This document shows positions 62,940 through 64,000 of a stretch of DNA of 64,000 nt, piece after piece (position 1 is the first letter of the stretch; every line of letters begins with the position of its first letter). Origin of the DNA: a virus (Duplodnaviria; Heunggongvirae; Uroviricota; Caudoviricetes); the IMG/VR virus record IMGVR_UViG_3300043464_002177; one strand, written 5' to 3'. The notes beneath the pieces are model-generated. The model saw only the letters and a list, made by a program, of their open reading frames with translations, had not been told where the DNA came from and ran no database searches. Made by a program: the position numbers and the translations under genes.

Positions 62940-63933
62940 AATAGTTACAATCCCAGCACTGAAATTTACATTTCTTTATTTTATTTCTCCATCCTTTTAA
63001 CTCCTCGTGTGGAATACCGTCAAGATATATGTGTGATGTTTCAGATAGTATTTCTTTACCCTGTACATATGAATCAACAATTTCCATGGTTTCTTTTAAT
63101 CGATTGAAACTATCTCTACCATGCATTTTAAAAACATCAATGTATTCTAAAAATTCATCAAACTCTTCTTTAAATGGTGGTATTGTTCCTGTCTTGAAAA
63201 AGAAAGCATTAATATCTTTTTCCCATTTATGTTCACAAGTTACTTTGGAGATCTCGTGATGAAAGTATGGTAATTCGTTGTTTGTTCTTAAGTTATTATA
63301 TGTGTAATGTTCATCCATCACTGGGCATCTACCTAAACAACCTTCATTAACTAGTAATGATATTTTAACATATCTACCTTTATCTTCTTGATATTTTAAT
63401 TGTGCTCTCTTAATGTTTTTTAACTCTTCAACATCTCTCATTAAAATTCTATCAAGGTTAATGTAATCAAACCCCTGATCCGCATTATACCAAAAGTCTT
63501 GTCCTGTTGCAACCTTTCTTAATATAGTATTTTTAATTTCCATCTCAGGAAAATGTTTCTTAAGCCCCATTGCAACCCAATGACCGTGTGGAATAGTAAT
63601 GCACCTCAAACCCTTTTCATATAAGGGTTTCAGATTATCAACAAACAATTTATAGTTCTGATAATTTGGTGAGATGTTAACATTATTAAATGTTGCACTT
63701 ATTTTTATACCTAACGCCTTTTGTATAATCATTGCGTTTTCAAACACAACATCCCTATCCTCTTCTCTGAACACAGCACCCATAGCGTCTTGTGTGAATG
63801 GTGGTGTTCTACATGTAAAATAAATGTCATAGATCCATTCTTTATTTCTTTCTAAGAATGGATAGAATTCATTCATGAACATATCCTCCGTTAACATTGG
63901 ATTAAACGGTATTGAAAATATTTTCTTTATCAT
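62893..63933 (-). CDS. hypothetical Cys-rich protein (346 aa)
   Basis: ORF; C-terminal CKFQCWDCNYCD cluster and CLGRCP. Confidence 0.45.
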   Translation of the reverse strand: MIKKIFSIPFNPMLTEDMFMNEFYPFLERNKEWIYDIYFTCRTPPFTQDAMGAVFREEDRDVVFENAMIIQKALGIKISATFNNVNISPNYQNYKLFVDNLKPLYEKGLRCITIPHGHWVAMGLKKHFPEMEIKNTILRKVATGQDFWYNADQGFDYINLDRILMRDVEELKNIKRAQLKYQEDKGRYVKISLLVNEGCLGRCPVMDEHYTYNNLRTNNELPYFHHEISKVTCEHKWEKDINAFFFKTGTIPPFKEEFDEFLEYIDVFKMHGRDSFNRLKETMEIVDSYVQGKEILSETSHIYLDGIPHEELKGWRNKIKKCKFQCWDCNYCDVVANHKKKSYGLS

Positions 63934-64000
63934 TTGCTACCTTCCATACAACCTCCACAAATTCCATTACATTCTGTTTTATAAAAAACGCAATCTAAAC

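Noticed and set aside
1-64000. CRISPR arrays, integrase/att sites, capsid/terminase/portal genes, rRNA
   Set aside because: No regularly spaced repeat-spacer arrays, no tyrosine/serine recombinase motifs and no recognisable virion-morphogenesis proteins in this window; the structural module must lie elsewhere

Overview
The window is contiguous, gene-dense and visibly AT-rich, and reads best as part of a large bacteriophage (or phage-like mobile element) of a Bacteroidetes host. Host assignment rests on Bacteroidetes-type sigma promoters (TTTG ... TAnnTTTG) and lipoprotein signals of the form L-F-S-C-x-K-(D/E)2, which match the Bacteroidetes surface-export signal.

The window has four architectural zones.

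1. 0.25-12.95 kb: a one-directional array of about 37 short + strand ORFs with no recognisable domains. Host-type promoters precede the ORFs at 2949, 3426, 6504 and 7010. Most other starts are preceded by a second conserved motif, AAATAAAACTATTT, probably a phage-specific promoter class.

2. 12.76-13.96 kb: a GC-rich, non-coding island at the strand switch. It carries two families of hairpins with conserved 15-nt loops and covarying stems, copies of the AAATAAAACTATTT motif with no ORF downstream, a CGTATGAC octamer repeated four times, and two short direct repeats. It is a candidate origin, packaging site or small-RNA cluster.

3. 13.96-51 kb: mostly - strand genes.
- DNA repair: a pyrimidine-dimer glycosylase-like ORF.
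- Envelope: an FG-GAP/VCBS lipoprotein, a GT2 glycosyltransferase and an LpxH-family phosphoesterase.
- RNA/DNA processing: a 2H phosphoesterase and an HNH-like endonuclease.
- Anti-restriction and replication: an ArdC-like protein, a DnaA-C-terminal-domain-like protein and a DnaQ-type exonuclease, with a DnaA-box-like palindrome upstream.
- Membrane: an SPFH protein with a membrane partner.
- Cell wall: a 1035-aa M23-peptidase/peptidoglycan-binding protein and an NlpC/P60 peptidase with signal peptide next to a small membrane protein.
- Metabolic: an acyl-CoA thioesterase, a HAD phosphatase, a SpeH-type AdoMet decarboxylase, an IscA Fe-S carrier and a ThyA with an insertion.
- Two paralogous large proteins of unknown function.

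4. 51.86-64 kb: a glycan-biosynthesis locus (two GT4 and four GT2/GT-A glycosyltransferases, an NAD-epimerase, a SAM methyltransferase, a P-loop protein and a polytopic membrane protein). It is followed by a TonB-dependent-receptor-like outer-membrane protein, a 90-nt tRNA-like cloverleaf, a methyltransferase and a Cys-rich protein.

No capsid, terminase, portal, integrase or CRISPR array is recognisable here. All functional calls come from motif recognition by eye and need HMM/BLAST confirmation.
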